DNA from: an uncultured Fluviicola sp.
GTDB taxonomy: Bacteria; Bacteroidota; Bacteroidia; Flavobacteriales_D; Crocinitomicaceae
Length of the DNA stretch: 64,000 nucleotides
Assembly (NCBI GenBank): GCA_964383785.1
Contig: CAYLJB010000003.1
Coordinates: 858 to 64,857, forward strand
Reading direction: 5' to 3'
The notes under the pieces are model-generated. The model saw nothing but the letters and a program-made list of their open reading frames with translations, was not told the DNA's origin and ran no database searches. Shown here one piece after another: positions 1-12,300 of the stretch (position 1 is its first letter; each line of letters opens with the position of its first letter). The translations under genes and the position numbers were made by a program.

Positions 1-268
1 ATGGAATTCCGCGTGTTGTGAAAATCCCTAGATTACGGTGCATCGGTAGAATGTATTCATCTTGGTTCATTGCATACGCACAACCTACGGAAATACCTTC
101 TTGTCCCCAACCAGAAAACCATTTTGTAATTTTCCCTTGACGCAACAAAATCAACATTTTTTCCTCGATCATACGAGGTTTCAAAATTGTTTTATAGATG
201 GTCAATAATTCTTGGTCATCAAATCCTTCGCGGTTAAAGTCGATGTATCGTTTTTCTAATACTTCCAT
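1..268 (-). CDS. 2-oxoacid dehydrogenase E1 (alpha or fused alpha/beta), N-terminal part; runs off the window
   Basis: Manual translation from ATG at 268: MEVLEKRYIDFNREGFDDQELLTIYKTILKPRMIEEKMLILLRQGKITKWFSGWGQEGISVGCAYAMNQDEYILPMHRNLG. The RQGK..W.SG.GQE and PMHRNLG motifs match E1-alpha. Not in the ORF track because it is truncated. Confidence 0.85.
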   Translation of the reverse strand, partial: MEVLEKRYIDFNREGFDDQELLTIYKTILKPRMIEEKMLILLRQGKITKWFSGWGQEGISVGCAYAMNQDEYILPMHRNLGIFTTRGIP

Positions 269-349
269 TCTTTGTGTAATTGCAATTGAATTTGCAAAAT
301 TAATCGAATTTGTGGCAGAAAAAGGCAAAAAGGTGAATTTCTTTAAACG

Positions 350-381
350 AAAAAAGGCTGATTCAGAAGAACCAGCCTTTT
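350..381 (-). terminator. Intrinsic terminator after gdhA
   Basis: AAAAAAGGCTGATTC-AGAA-GAACCAGCCTTTT hairpin; T-tract on the minus strand. Confidence 0.75.
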
Positions 382-399
382 CAAGTATTGTGAATGTGA

Positions 400-1815
<1,416 letters not shown>

Positions 1816-2009
1816 TCAACTAAAGAAACCTTAGAACACATTCCTAACAATTATTGTTAACTCAGAATCCTAGATTGAAAATTCGTGCTTCAGGTATGGT
1901 CATGTTTATTCAACGAATCCTTGATGATTTCATATTTTCGCCGCAAATTGAATGTTGTCAAAGCAACCTAAATAGAAAAGTTGCGTTTATGATTTACAGA
2001 TTTACAATT

Positions 2010-4706
2010 ATGAAAAATTACTTTTTATTTGTTTTACTTAGTATACTTACAGCATACCAAACTAATGCTCAGGTAACTGTGTGTTTGGGAACTGACGCCA
2101 CAGTGTGTACCGGTCAAACAGTTACGATTAATAACTGCGGTGGTGGTGGTGCAAATCCAGGAGGAGGAATCGTATTAAATAACCCAACAAACATCACATT
2201 GTCTGATGACTCATGGAGCGGATTGATCCCGATGGGATTTACATTTAATTTTTATGGAGCCAATTATAATAACTGTGTCATTGGATCAAATGGTATTGTA
2301 AGTTTCAATTCGGCTAATGCGAATGGATTTTGCCCATGGTCATTGAATGGAACTCCAATCCCAACACCGTCAATTGCTTCGGCAAATAATTCAGCGATGA
2401 TTGCTTATGGAGACTTGAATCCTTCAAATGCAAATAGTGGACCTATCCAATATCAGACTTTAGGGACAGCTCCAAACCGAATGTTTGTTGTTCTATACAA
2501 TGGAGTTACCATGTATAGTTGTACTTCTCAATGCGTTTACGCAGCTTACATTTTTTATGAAACTACCAATGTTGTTGAAATGCACATTGGATCTAAAACT
2601 GTTTGTAGCACATGGAACAGTGGTTTAGCAATTGAAGGAACTCAAAATTCAACTGGAGCTGTGGCCACTCCGGTGCCTGGTCGTAACAACCAAGTTTGGA
2701 CAGCTAACCAAGATGGTCGTCGTTGGACTCCGACAGCGCCAAACAATACTACGAATTATACACAGGCTCAGATTTCGTACGTTAATGTGAATTCAACTGG
2801 CGGTCAGACACAATGGCAAAACACTTTGGGACAAACATTCCCATACAATAATGGACAATTGAATGTTACTCAAGTTCCACCGGGAACTACCGGTTATTTC
2901 TTGACTGGTACTTCATGTGGAGTGTCAGTGGGAGCGGTTTCGGATACAACTTGGATCACACGCATCACTGTAAACGCAAATGCTACAGCTACAACTGATT
3001 ATTGTAATGGAGGGAGTGGAACAGCTACGGTTACTCCAACTTCTGGAGGTTCACCATTCACTTACTTATGGGCTCCTGGTGGTCAAACCACACAGACAGC
3101 TACAAACTTGGTGGCAGGAAACTATACAGTAACTGTTACAGATGCGAATGGTTGTGTGAAAAATGTACCTGTAGTTGTACCAAATTCAACAGCTACATTC
3201 TCAGGTATCACGACTGTTGTTTCTTGCCCGGGCGGAAGTGATGGTACGGCTACAGCAACAATGAATCCTGTTTTGGGTACAGTTTCTTACAACTGGTATG
3301 ATGCAGGAGGTCAAACGACTCAAACTGCCACGGGCTTAGCAGCAGGAACGTATCATTGTGAAGTCTCCTCTTCTGTTGGATGTGTAGATACTGTGGAAGT
3401 TGTTGTTACGGAGATTCCGCCAATGGTTGGACAAGTGGTATTAACTCAAGATGCAACTTGTAATAGTTTGAATGATGGTGTTGTTGGTGTTTCGGTTTCC
3501 GGAGGTACTCCACAATACAGCTATTCTTGGGATAATTCTACTTCTACCTTACCTGTTGCTAATGATCTATATGCAGGAACGCATACGGTTACAGTGACTG
3601 ATGTGAACAACTGTGTGATCACTTTGACAGCTACAATTGGAGAGCCTTCTCAATTGGTGATTACTAACCTAACGCCAGATCAAGTGATTTGTTCTGAAAA
3701 TAGCACTATGCTTTCAGTTGCAGGTTCTGGTGGGTCTTCACCATACACATTTACATGGAGTGAGAATGGGACTGTTATTGGCACGGGTTCAACTATTACA
3801 GTTGATCCAGTAAACTCAGGAACACAGTATTGTGTACGTTTGTCTGAACAATGTGGTTCACCAACAACCGATTCCTGTATGATGATCACGTTCCCAACTC
3901 CAATCGTGCCTTCTTTTGTTCCTGACAGAACTACGAGCTGTCAACCAGGTACGTTTGTGTTTACGAATGTGTCAAACAACTTGAATGAGATCGACTCTGT
4001 TGAGATCAGTTTTGGAGATGGAGAATTTGGTACAGTGCAAGATGCAAATGCTGCAACACACACGTATCTAGACCCAGGCTTTTATGATATGAATGTAACG
4101 GTAACTTCGGTGTTTGGATGTGTTTACACAGGTTCATTCCCTCAGATTGTAGAGGTGATTGCAATTCCAACTGCCGAATTTACAATGAGCGCTAATCCAA
4201 CAACGATCTTTGAAACGGTTATCAAGATGCAGGATAATTCAACTCCGGGTGTAGTAAACTGGCAATGGACAGCTCAGGGAGCTTCACCAATGACAAGTAC
4301 CTCGGAGAACCCTACATTCTTCTTCCCTGAAGGAGTCATGGGAACGTACACTGTTGAATTGATCGTGGAAACTGCAGAAGGATGTGTAGATACGGTTGAG
4401 CATGATTTAATCGTTAACAGTGATATCTTGTTCTACGCTCCGAACTCATTTACTCCTGATGGTGATGAATTCAATCAAACTTGGACGTTCGCTATTCAAG
4501 GTGTTGATGAGTACAACTTCGAGTTGTTGATCTTTAACAGATGGGGTGAGATCATCTGGGAAACACATGATATAAATTCAGCTTGGGATGGAACTTACTT
4601 GGGTAAAATTGTGCCAACAGGAACTTATACTTGGGTTGCTCGTGTAAAAGATATTTATTCAGATGAAAAACGAGAATTCAATGGTTATATCAATGTATTG
4701 AAGTAA
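2010..4706 (+). CDS. T9SS type-B (gliding-motility-associated CTD) secreted protein with SprB-like repeats and PKD domains
   Basis: Signal peptide from ATG 2010 (MKNYFLFVLLSILTAYQTNAQ); repeats like ATATTDYCNGGSGTATV...GGSPFTYLW...NLVAGNYTVTVTDANGC; C-terminal PNSFTPDGDEFN...IFNRWGE...WDG. Confidence 0.9.
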   Translation: MKNYFLFVLLSILTAYQTNAQVTVCLGTDATVCTGQTVTINNCGGGGANPGGGIVLNNPTNITLSDDSWSGLIPMGFTFNFYGANYNNCVIGSNGIVSFNSANANGFCPWSLNGTPIPTPSIASANNSAMIAYGDLNPSNANSGPIQYQTLGTAPNRMFVVLYNGVTMYSCTSQCVYAAYIFYETTNVVEMHIGSKTVCSTWNSGLAIEGTQNSTGAVATPVPGRNNQVWTANQDGRRWTPTAPNNTTNYTQAQISYVNVNSTGGQTQWQNTLGQTFPYNNGQLNVTQVPPGTTGYFLTGTSCGVSVGAVSDTTWITRITVNANATATTDYCNGGSGTATVTPTSGGSPFTYLWAPGGQTTQTATNLVAGNYTVTVTDANGCVKNVPVVVPNSTATFSGITTVVSCPGGSDGTATATMNPVLGTVSYNWYDAGGQTTQTATGLAAGTYHCEVSSSVGCVDTVEVVVTEIPPMVGQVVLTQDATCNSLNDGVVGVSVSGGTPQYSYSWDNSTSTLPVANDLYAGTHTVTVTDVNNCVITLTATIGEPSQLVITNLTPDQVICSENSTMLSVAGSGGSSPYTFTWSENGTVIGTGSTITVDPVNSGTQYCVRLSEQCGSPTTDSCMMITFPTPIVPSFVPDRTTSCQPGTFVFTNVSNNLNEIDSVEISFGDGEFGTVQDANAATHTYLDPGFYDMNVTVTSVFGCVYTGSFPQIVEVIAIPTAEFTMSANPTTIFETVIKMQDNSTPGVVNWQWTAQGASPMTSTSENPTFFFPEGVMGTYTVELIVETAEGCVDTVEHDLIVNSDILFYAPNSFTPDGDEFNQTWTFAIQGVDEYNFELLIFNRWGEIIWETHDINSAWDGTYLGKIVPTGTYTWVARVKDIYSDEKREFNGYINVLK

Positions 4707-4724
4707 ACCAGAATCATTTTCTAG

Positions 4725-4756
4725 AAAGCTGCGTCCATAGTACGCAGCTTTTTTTT
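4725..4756 (+). terminator. Intrinsic terminator
   Basis: AAAGCTGCGT-CCATAGT-ACGCAGCTTTTTTTT. Confidence 0.85.
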
Positions 4757-4803
4757 AACAGAAAATTTCAGGATGACGCCTAAAGGGTAGTTATTTTTGC
4801 ATC

Positions 4804-5127
4804 ATGTCGCTGATCTCAAAGATAAGTCTGCTCATTCTGATTAGCTTGTTGAGCTTCGAATTTGTCGATTCAGGTAGATTTTCACCAATAGAACTCGATG
4901 AGGATTCTTATATCAGTATTGGGATAGATGATGCGGATGATGCATACAATACACTTGATGGTCTGGTTAATGATCTAATCTTTTGTCATAGTTTTTCAAT
5001 TCATTTTTTATCGACTGACCCAACATCCCAAGATTTAGATCAAGCGGTCTGTATAGAGTTTTTTCAAATAAAAGAGTTGTATATCTGGTTTAAACAATTG
5101 CGAATTTTTCACTTGAAGTTTATTTAA
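4804..5127 (+). CDS. Small hypothetical protein with an N-terminal hydrophobic signal; possible regulatory leader of the downstream porin
   Basis: 107-aa ORF starting 5 nt after a TATTTTTG box; hydrophobic N-terminus, acidic middle, C-terminal LYIWFKQLRI. Confidence 0.6.
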   Translation: MSLISKISLLILISLLSFEFVDSGRFSPIELDEDSYISIGIDDADDAYNTLDGLVNDLIFCHSFSIHFLSTDPTSQDLDQAVCIEFFQIKELYIWFKQLRIFHLKFI

Positions 5128-5157
5128 AAAACAAGTGAAAAATTAAAATTGATATAC

Positions 5158-6474
5158 ATGAAACATTACATTATAATCTTATCTGGCTTTGTGTCATTCT
5201 TTATACAAGCTCAAAAGTCAGAATTAGACAGCAATCGATTTGTTCCGGAGTTTAAATACAGTTGGAATAACAACAAGCAATACATTAAATTCACAGCGGT
5301 GAATCAGATTTGGATCCGTCATAGCGAGATGAATCCGGGAACAGAGATTGACAAGCATGCTGTTGCGAATTACACGGATATTGGTATACGACGCTTGCGA
5401 TTTTCTGTTTTAGCCCAAATAACCAACAGGCTATTCTTTTACACCCAATTCGGACAGAATAACTTCAATTTCCTTTCTAAACGAAATACAGGGGCATTTT
5501 TTCATGATGCTATTACGGAATACAAGATTTTTCCTCAGCTTCAGATAGGTGCGGGATTAACCGGATGGTCAGGTTTGGCTCGTTTTGCCTCTCCTGCTGT
5601 TGGGTCAGTAATGGGAATAGATGTTCCGCTTTACCAACAAGTTACCAACGGTATTAATGATCAATTCCTTCGTAAACTTAGTGTGTATGCAAAAGGACAA
5701 TTAAAGCATCTGGATTATCGTTTGGCTTTAAGTTCCCCAATGACAATTGCAAACTCATTAGTTGAGATCAAGCCAATCTCTAAAAACGCTGAGTTTTCAC
5801 TGTTGCCTCCAAAATTGCAAACCCAGGGTTATTTGCTTTGGCAATTCCTAGATAAGGAATCAAATACACTCCCTTATACCACAGGAACTTATCTGGGTAA
5901 AAAGAGGATTGTCAATGTGGGAGCTGGATGGATTCACCAAAAAAATGCAATGTGGAATCTAAATGATAATAACGATACTGTTTTGCATGACATGTTTTTG
6001 TTTGGTGCGGATCTTTTCGTAGACCTGCCAATAGGCAAAAAGGGAGCGGCCTTATCATCATATTTTGCTTATACAAGCTATAACCTGGGGCCAAATTATG
6101 TACGAAACGTAGGGGTTATGAATCCGGCAAACGGAACAGATGGTTCTGTATTCAATGGTTCAGGTGTTGCTTTTCCAATGATTGGAACCGGAAATACTTT
6201 TTATTGGCAAGGAGGGTATAAATTTAAGAACGATTTATTACCTCAAGGAGGATCGTTCATGCCTTATACCTCCATTCAAATAGGTGACTACAACCGCCTG
6301 AATAACCTAATGTTTATGTGGAATGCCGGTTTGAATTATTTCATTCATGGGACTCATGCAGGTAAATTGACTCTAGAATACCAATCTCGACCGGTATTCG
6401 AGGATGTTGCTGGTGATCTGGTTGCCGTCAGCAGAAAAGGGATGACTGTCTTGCAATTTCAAATAGCCTTGTAA
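5158..6474 (+). CDS. Outer-membrane beta-barrel (porin-like) protein
   Basis: Signal peptide; IRRLRF motif as in OprO/P-like porins; amphipathic strands; C-terminal VLQFQIAL beta-signal. Confidence 0.7.
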   Translation: MKHYIIILSGFVSFFIQAQKSELDSNRFVPEFKYSWNNNKQYIKFTAVNQIWIRHSEMNPGTEIDKHAVANYTDIGIRRLRFSVLAQITNRLFFYTQFGQNNFNFLSKRNTGAFFHDAITEYKIFPQLQIGAGLTGWSGLARFASPAVGSVMGIDVPLYQQVTNGINDQFLRKLSVYAKGQLKHLDYRLALSSPMTIANSLVEIKPISKNAEFSLLPPKLQTQGYLLWQFLDKESNTLPYTTGTYLGKKRIVNVGAGWIHQKNAMWNLNDNNDTVLHDMFLFGADLFVDLPIGKKGAALSSYFAYTSYNLGPNYVRNVGVMNPANGTDGSVFNGSGVAFPMIGTGNTFYWQGGYKFKNDLLPQGGSFMPYTSIQIGDYNRLNNLMFMWNAGLNYFIHGTHAGKLTLEYQSRPVFEDVAGDLVAVSRKGMTVLQFQIAL

Positions 6475-6516
6475 CCAAGCTTTCATTTTGCGTTAAGCGA
6501 AAACAAGCAACAAACA

Positions 6517-7002
6517 ATGAACTTCTATCTCTCAGCATTCTTCCTTTTTGTCTTTGGCTACGGTTGGACTCAAGTTAAGGCTTGTGAGGAAACCACGGAA
6601 ATGAATAGCGCAATCATTCGTGTTGTGCAATCAACTATCGGGAAAAAGATTGAGCGTGGAGAATGCTGGGATTTAGTTCAATATGCATTGAATAAAGCTG
6701 GTGCATCTTGGGATGGACTGAATGATTTTGGTTCAGAATACGATTATAAGAAAGCGTGTGTTCAACCAGGTGATGTTATACGCTTTGAAAAAGTACAATT
6801 GGAATGGACAGATGAAAAAGGGAATGGATTTACTGAGCAATTCGGTCACCATTATGCGATTGTATACGCTGTTTCAGCCGAGGGTGTTCTAACGCTAATT
6901 CATCAAAATACGGGTCAGCATGGCCGAAAAGTTGGATTGACCACGATGAATGTAAATCACATGACTAAAGGAAAGCTGTTCTTCTTCAGACCTGAAGTTT
7001 AA
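6517..7002 (+). CDS. Secreted papain-fold (CHAP/NlpC-P60-like) cysteine hydrolase-domain protein
   Basis: Signal peptide; GECWDLV (Cys), PGDVI, HHYAIV (His), HQN. Confidence 0.6.
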   Translation: MNFYLSAFFLFVFGYGWTQVKACEETTEMNSAIIRVVQSTIGKKIERGECWDLVQYALNKAGASWDGLNDFGSEYDYKKACVQPGDVIRFEKVQLEWTDEKGNGFTEQFGHHYAIVYAVSAEGVLTLIHQNTGQHGRKVGLTTMNVNHMTKGKLFFFRPEV

Positions 7003-8336
7003 TCGATGCGCATTCGAATACGCCAATCTTTTGGATATAAATTGTTGAAACGGTTTCCAAGATGTTTGATCCATCCAAGCTTGGTGCCTTCAAAACACAT
7101 CAAGCCATATCCATGATTTCCTGGCAACTGAAAGGTTTCGCCCTTCAAGTAATGTAAAGCTTGCTCCTTGGTTAGTTCGTATTTCGGAATGTCAGATCTT
7201 ACCAGATTTACAGATAATGCCAGGGCTTCGTGTGGAATTATTCCTTTACGTGATAGTTCTCCAATCTCTGTTCCAAGCTTAATAATACGGAGTTTTTGTT
7301 TTATCTTCTGAATAAGTTGAAGGTGATTTTCCGGTAAAGCAAACACAAAATTTTCCCATTGAACGAACGCAATTTGTGACTTTAAGTTCACAAGTTCTCC
7401 AACCATTTTCAAATCCTTGAAAGGAGCAAGAGCTGGTTTGTTGTTCTTTTCGTTGCGTTCTTTGGTTTCTGTAGTTTTTTGCAAAACAGCAATAAAAAAG
7501 CCTTCTGCTTTTTGTTTACCAGGAATGGCATAATAACCAATTCCGTTTCTCCCGGTTTCTGCAAATGGTAAATCGATGTGGATCAATGCTGCACCGGTTT
7601 GCGTGATGATCCAATCTATGTTTCTTTCATTCTCTTGATCGTTAAAGGTACAAGTAGAATAGATCAAGTATCCAGATTCTTTCAAGGCAGACCAACAGTC
7701 CATCACGATTCGTTTCTGTCGGGATGCACACAACTCCACGTGTTGTTCGCTCCATTCCTCGCGTGCCTCATGATCCTTTCGAAACATGCCTTCACCGGAA
7801 CAGGGTGCGTCTACGACAATACAATCGAAGACTCCTTCTAGCTTTGTGAAATCAGCCGGATCGTTATTGCTTACAAGAGTATTTGTGTATCCCCATTTGG
7901 TTAAATTTTCCTTCAGGATACGCGCACGTTGCTGAATGACTTCGTTAGAAATCAACAATCCATTACCATTTAAAAAATCACTGATAAGCGTGCTTTTACC
8001 ACCAGGAGCAGCACATAAATCCAAAAATATTGGTTCCTCTGAAAAATTCAACTGATCCAAGGCTGACCAAAGCAGTTGAGAACCAGCTTCTTGCGGATAA
8101 TAGGCGCCACCATGGAAATGCGGATCTAATGTAAATACTGGTCTGGATTCTAAATAACTTCCAAAAGGCATCCATGGTATTGCTTGATCGTTTTCGAGAT
8201 GACCAAGGTATTTTTGAGGGTGCTTGCGGATTGAAACAGGAGGGGTAGCATTGAGTGCATCAAGCAAGGATGTGCCTAAAAAAGGATCTTGTTGGACACG
8301 TCTTACAAAGTCCTCGGGCAATTTTATTGATTCCAT
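6999..8336 (-). CDS. rsmF: RsmF/RsmB-NOP family rRNA m5C methyltransferase
   Basis: DLCAAPGGKST, DAPCSGEGMFRK, YSTCTFN; C-terminal NNLYPKDWRIR. Confidence 0.88.
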   Translation of the reverse strand: MESIKLPEDFVRRVQQDPFLGTSLLDALNATPPVSIRKHPQKYLGHLENDQAIPWMPFGSYLESRPVFTLDPHFHGGAYYPQEAGSQLLWSALDQLNFSEEPIFLDLCAAPGGKSTLISDFLNGNGLLISNEVIQQRARILKENLTKWGYTNTLVSNNDPADFTKLEGVFDCIVVDAPCSGEGMFRKDHEAREEWSEQHVELCASRQKRIVMDCWSALKESGYLIYSTCTFNDQENERNIDWIITQTGAALIHIDLPFAETGRNGIGYYAIPGKQKAEGFFIAVLQKTTETKERNEKNNKPALAPFKDLKMVGELVNLKSQIAFVQWENFVFALPENHLQLIQKIKQKLRIIKLGTEIGELSRKGIIPHEALALSVNLVRSDIPKYELTKEQALHYLKGETFQLPGNHGYGLMCFEGTKLGWIKHLGNRFNNLYPKDWRIRMRID

Positions 8337-9361
8337 GAGCGCAAGAATGGTAAACGAGCTTCAGCTCCTTGTGATTGGTTGCCAAAAATTCCAGCATCAT
8401 ATAGGAATTTTCCGGCCATGGCGATCATAGCCGCATTGTCTGTGCAATAAGCAAACTTGGGAATGAAAACGTTCCAACCTTTTTTATTTCCAGTATCCAT
8501 CAATCTTTGGCGTAATCCCGTGTTTGCAGAAACTCCACCGGCGATGGCGATATCTTTAATGCCTGTATCCTTGACCAATAATTCTAATTTTTTGAAAAGG
8601 ATGTCTAGAATTGTTCGTTGTACACTCGCGCAAATATCAGCCTTGTTCTTCTCCACAAAATCCGGGTCAACTGCAGTTTGTTTCTGAAGGAAATATAGCA
8701 CAGATGTTTTCAACCCGCTAAAACTAAAATCGTATCCCACAACCTGAGGCTTTGAAAAAGCAAAAGCATCCGGATTGCCTTCTTGCGCCAATTTGTCAAC
8801 CAAGGGACCTCCCGGATAAGGAAGACCGATGATCTTTGCGATTTTATCAAAAGCCTCTCCGGCAGCATCGTCAATGGTACTTCCTTTGATCTCTAGGTTT
8901 GTAGGGCTATGAACTACTACCAATTGTGTGTGTCCACCGGATACAGTCAAGCAAATGAATGGAAAAGAAGGAATGGCTTGTCCTTCGTTTATAAAATGGG
9001 CCAAAATATGTCCATGCATGTGGTGCACGTCTATCAATGGTTTGTTCAAGGCCAGAGATAGCGCCTTCGCAAATGAGGTGCCTACGACCAAAGATCCCAT
9101 TAATCCCGGCCCACGTGTATAGGCAATGGCATCTATGTCACTAAGTTGGATCTGAGCTTGTCTCAGGGCTGCATCTACAACAGGAACTATGCTTTGTTGA
9201 TGTGCTCGTGAGGCTAATTCTGGTACCACGCCTCCGTATTGTTCATGTATCGTTTGCGTAGATGTTATATTGGCCAAAATGGTGTCATTTTTGAGTACTG
9301 CTGCCGCAGTATCGTCACAGGACGATTCTATTGCCAATATAACCGGTGCTTTTTGATTCAA
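8324..9361 (-). CDS. tsaD: tRNA N6-threonylcarbamoyladenosine transferase TsaD
   Basis: ILAIESSCDDT, GGVVPELASRAH, DDAAGEAFDK, FSFSGLKT, CTDNAAMI; likely start is TTG at 9361. Confidence 0.96.
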   Translation of the reverse strand: MNQKAPVILAIESSCDDTAAAVLKNDTILANITSTQTIHEQYGGVVPELASRAHQQSIVPVVDAALRQAQIQLSDIDAIAYTRGPGLMGSLVVGTSFAKALSLALNKPLIDVHHMHGHILAHFINEGQAIPSFPFICLTVSGGHTQLVVVHSPTNLEIKGSTIDDAAGEAFDKIAKIIGLPYPGGPLVDKLAQEGNPDAFAFSKPQVVGYDFSFSGLKTSVLYFLQKQTAVDPDFVEKNKADICASVQRTILDILFKKLELLVKDTGIKDIAIAGGVSANTGLRQRLMDTGNKKGWNVFIPKFAYCTDNAAMIAMAGKFLYDAGIFGNQSQGAEARLPFLRSWNQ

Positions 9362-9384
9362 CTTTGTTAAATTTGTACGAATAG

Positions 9385-12300
9385 ATGGCAAAAATACTGA
9401 AAATTGTAAGCAGGTTAATCGGCATGCTGATCGAATGGATCATTGTGCTAGTGATCTTGTTTGCATTTGCAATAAGAAGTAGTCAGTTTCAAACATTTTT
9501 AGGTTCTATAGCCACAGATTATTTATCTGAAGAATTGGATACCGAAATGCGTATTGGGAAAATTGACATTCAGTTTCTGGATAAATTGCTTTTGAAGGAT
9601 GTTTTTGTCAAGGACCAATATGGCGACACTCTCGCTTCTCTTGATCTCATTCAGGTTACAGTTGAATCCATAAATCTATCCGGAAATGCAATTACTTTAA
9701 GTAATGTCCAATTGCACGACGGGCGTGTAGGCATTAGTCGAGATTCGATTACCGGAGACTACAATTACTTTTTTATTACCGATTATTTTGATTCTGGAAA
9801 AAAATCGACAAAGAAAAAAGAACCGATTGCTTTAACCATAAAATCGCTTGATATCGAAAGTGTAGATATTTCTTACGATGACAATCGAAAGGGATATAGC
9901 GAATATGGGATGGATTATGACCATTTGTTCTTTGACGAGGTGGAAATGCACGCCAAACAATTCAAAGTAGGAGATGGCACCTTTGCTTTTTACCTGCAGC
10001 ATTTAAGCACCACCGAAAAATGTGGTTTTCGCTTACGGCGATTGATTTCCAATTGTTTTATTGATCAAGATCGAGGCATCTTTCTTACGGGTGTGAAAAT
10101 TCAAACCCCAACCACGACTATTTATTCGCACAAGTTCAATATGAAGATGTCTGATCTTCAGGGATTGCAAGAATTTGAAGATTCCGTGACCTTTGATGCG
10201 GTAATAGACTCCTCGCATGTTAATTTGAGAGATGTGGCGTACTTTGCCACAGCTCTGGAGGGCATGAGTGATCGTATTGCTGTTAGTGGAGAGTTGCATC
10301 GAAAGGTTAAGAACTTGGCAATTAATGATGTTGATTTGCGATTTGGAAGTAGATCCGTGGTTCGTGGAGATTTCTATTTGCCGGATTTCAGGAAGATCAA
10401 AGGCTCTGCGTTTCAGGAATCCGTGAGTTACGCTTTGGTTGATTTAGATGATCTTACCCGGCTTAAATTACCCAAGGACATGGGGTCAGGAAAAATAATA
10501 CTCGATCCGATGATTGCTCGATTGGGATATGTGGAAATCAAAAGATCTGATATTCGGGGTACAACGGATCGTTTTGTGGTTCAAAGTAAAGTTATGACCT
10601 CAGCGCTTGGTTCAGTGAGTGTGAATAATGGCGTCACGTTTAACGCTTTGGAAAAGGGAGGGTACGCCTTCAAAAGAACCATGAACAGTAAATACGATGT
10701 GTATGTGGATAGTTTCCAATTGGGCAAATTCATTGATAATTCTTTGTTCGGCAAAGTAACTGGTGCTGTTTTCTTGAGTGGTGTTGTTGGTCAAAAAGAT
10801 GTCATACGCATCGAAGAATTGAGTGGCGATATCCAGTCCTTGCAATTTAATAAATATGCCTATACGAACATTGATGTCGCCAATGGATCCTTGCGCAATA
10901 ACGTATTTGCTGCGAAGATAGATATTGATGATCCGCATTTAAAATTATCGTATAATGGCACGATTGATTTACGAAAAGACCATCATTACGTATTTGATGT
11001 GGATATTCCACAAGCAGATTTGGGTAAATTGAATTGGACCAAGGATCCGAATTCTAAATTGAGTACAACATTGACCATGGATATGCATGGTTCAGGTTTA
11101 AGTAGCTATGCAGGTAAGATCGATATTGAGCAACTCAATTATCAAGAGAAAAAGAAGACGATCGAAGTGCCAAGCTTGGTGTTTGATGTCAAACGATTGC
11201 CGCAAACGGACATTTTTACCATCAAAAGTAACGTTGCTGATATCGAATTGGTTGGGAAAATTAATCCGAATACTATACTGGGAAGTTTGCAAAATTGTAT
11301 GGCTCAACTATTGCCAGCCTATTTTGAATACAGGGAATTCTCAAAAAAGAAACCGGTACAAGATCATTTTGAATTAAAGGTTGATGTAAAAGAAGCTGCC
11401 GATTTCCTGGCAATTTTCTTGCCGGATGTTTCCATAGCTAAAGGAACAGAACTTGTTGGGGCTTTCGATGGTAGAACGGGAGATCAATCTTTGGATATTC
11501 AATCAAGCGAATTGGCATATACTGAAGTGGATCTGGAGGATTCGACAAACACCTTTAAGAAATATTTGACTGATTTTTCTTTGGTGCAGACGAAAAAGAA
11601 CCATCAAGTTACGTGTCAGATCAACGCATCTCATGCACAGTGGAATGACTCCATTTATGCGGAGGAATTTGATTGCGAGATAACCGGTGATTCTGCTTCA
11701 TTGACAACGCGTTTAGGTTGGAACGACAAATACCCAAATCCTGCCGAGATCAACTTTCTGACCCAATTTAAACGAGACAGTTCTATTCGGATGTTAATAA
11801 AACCATCCTTTTTTACGATCAAAAAACAGATGTGGGAGATCATGAATACAGCTGAATTGGTATATGCTTCAGACAGGGTTTTGATCGATCACTTGGTAGT
11901 GGAGCGTGATGTACAATTCTTGGCAATTAACGGTGTTCTTTCCAACGATCCCAAGGATGTGATTTCCATTTTTGCAAATGATCTGCACATTGAAGAGTTT
12001 ATCCCGTTAGTAGATCCGGAATTGGATATGGCCGGAAGGTTGAATGGGACAGTTCGCTTATCCACACCGTTCACGAATATTGGAATTGACGGTGATCTGA
12101 GTGCTAAACAGGTTTACATAAATAAGCAGGAAATTGGTGATATCAACTTGGGAGGAAATTGGAATGATGAAATCGACGGTTTTTTCTTACAAGGGAATCT
12201 GAATTATTTACAGCAAAAGACCTTCGACTTTGGAGGACATTTCTATCCTTATCGCGATGAGGAAAATCTTGATTTTAGATTAAACTTCCGCGAGATGGAC

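Noticed and set aside
1854-2009. Extended N-termini given by the ORF track (also for tsaD, map, dusB, arsC, grpE and the WG-repeat gene)
   Set aside because: Downstream starts fit the signal peptides, family N-termini and promoter positions better.
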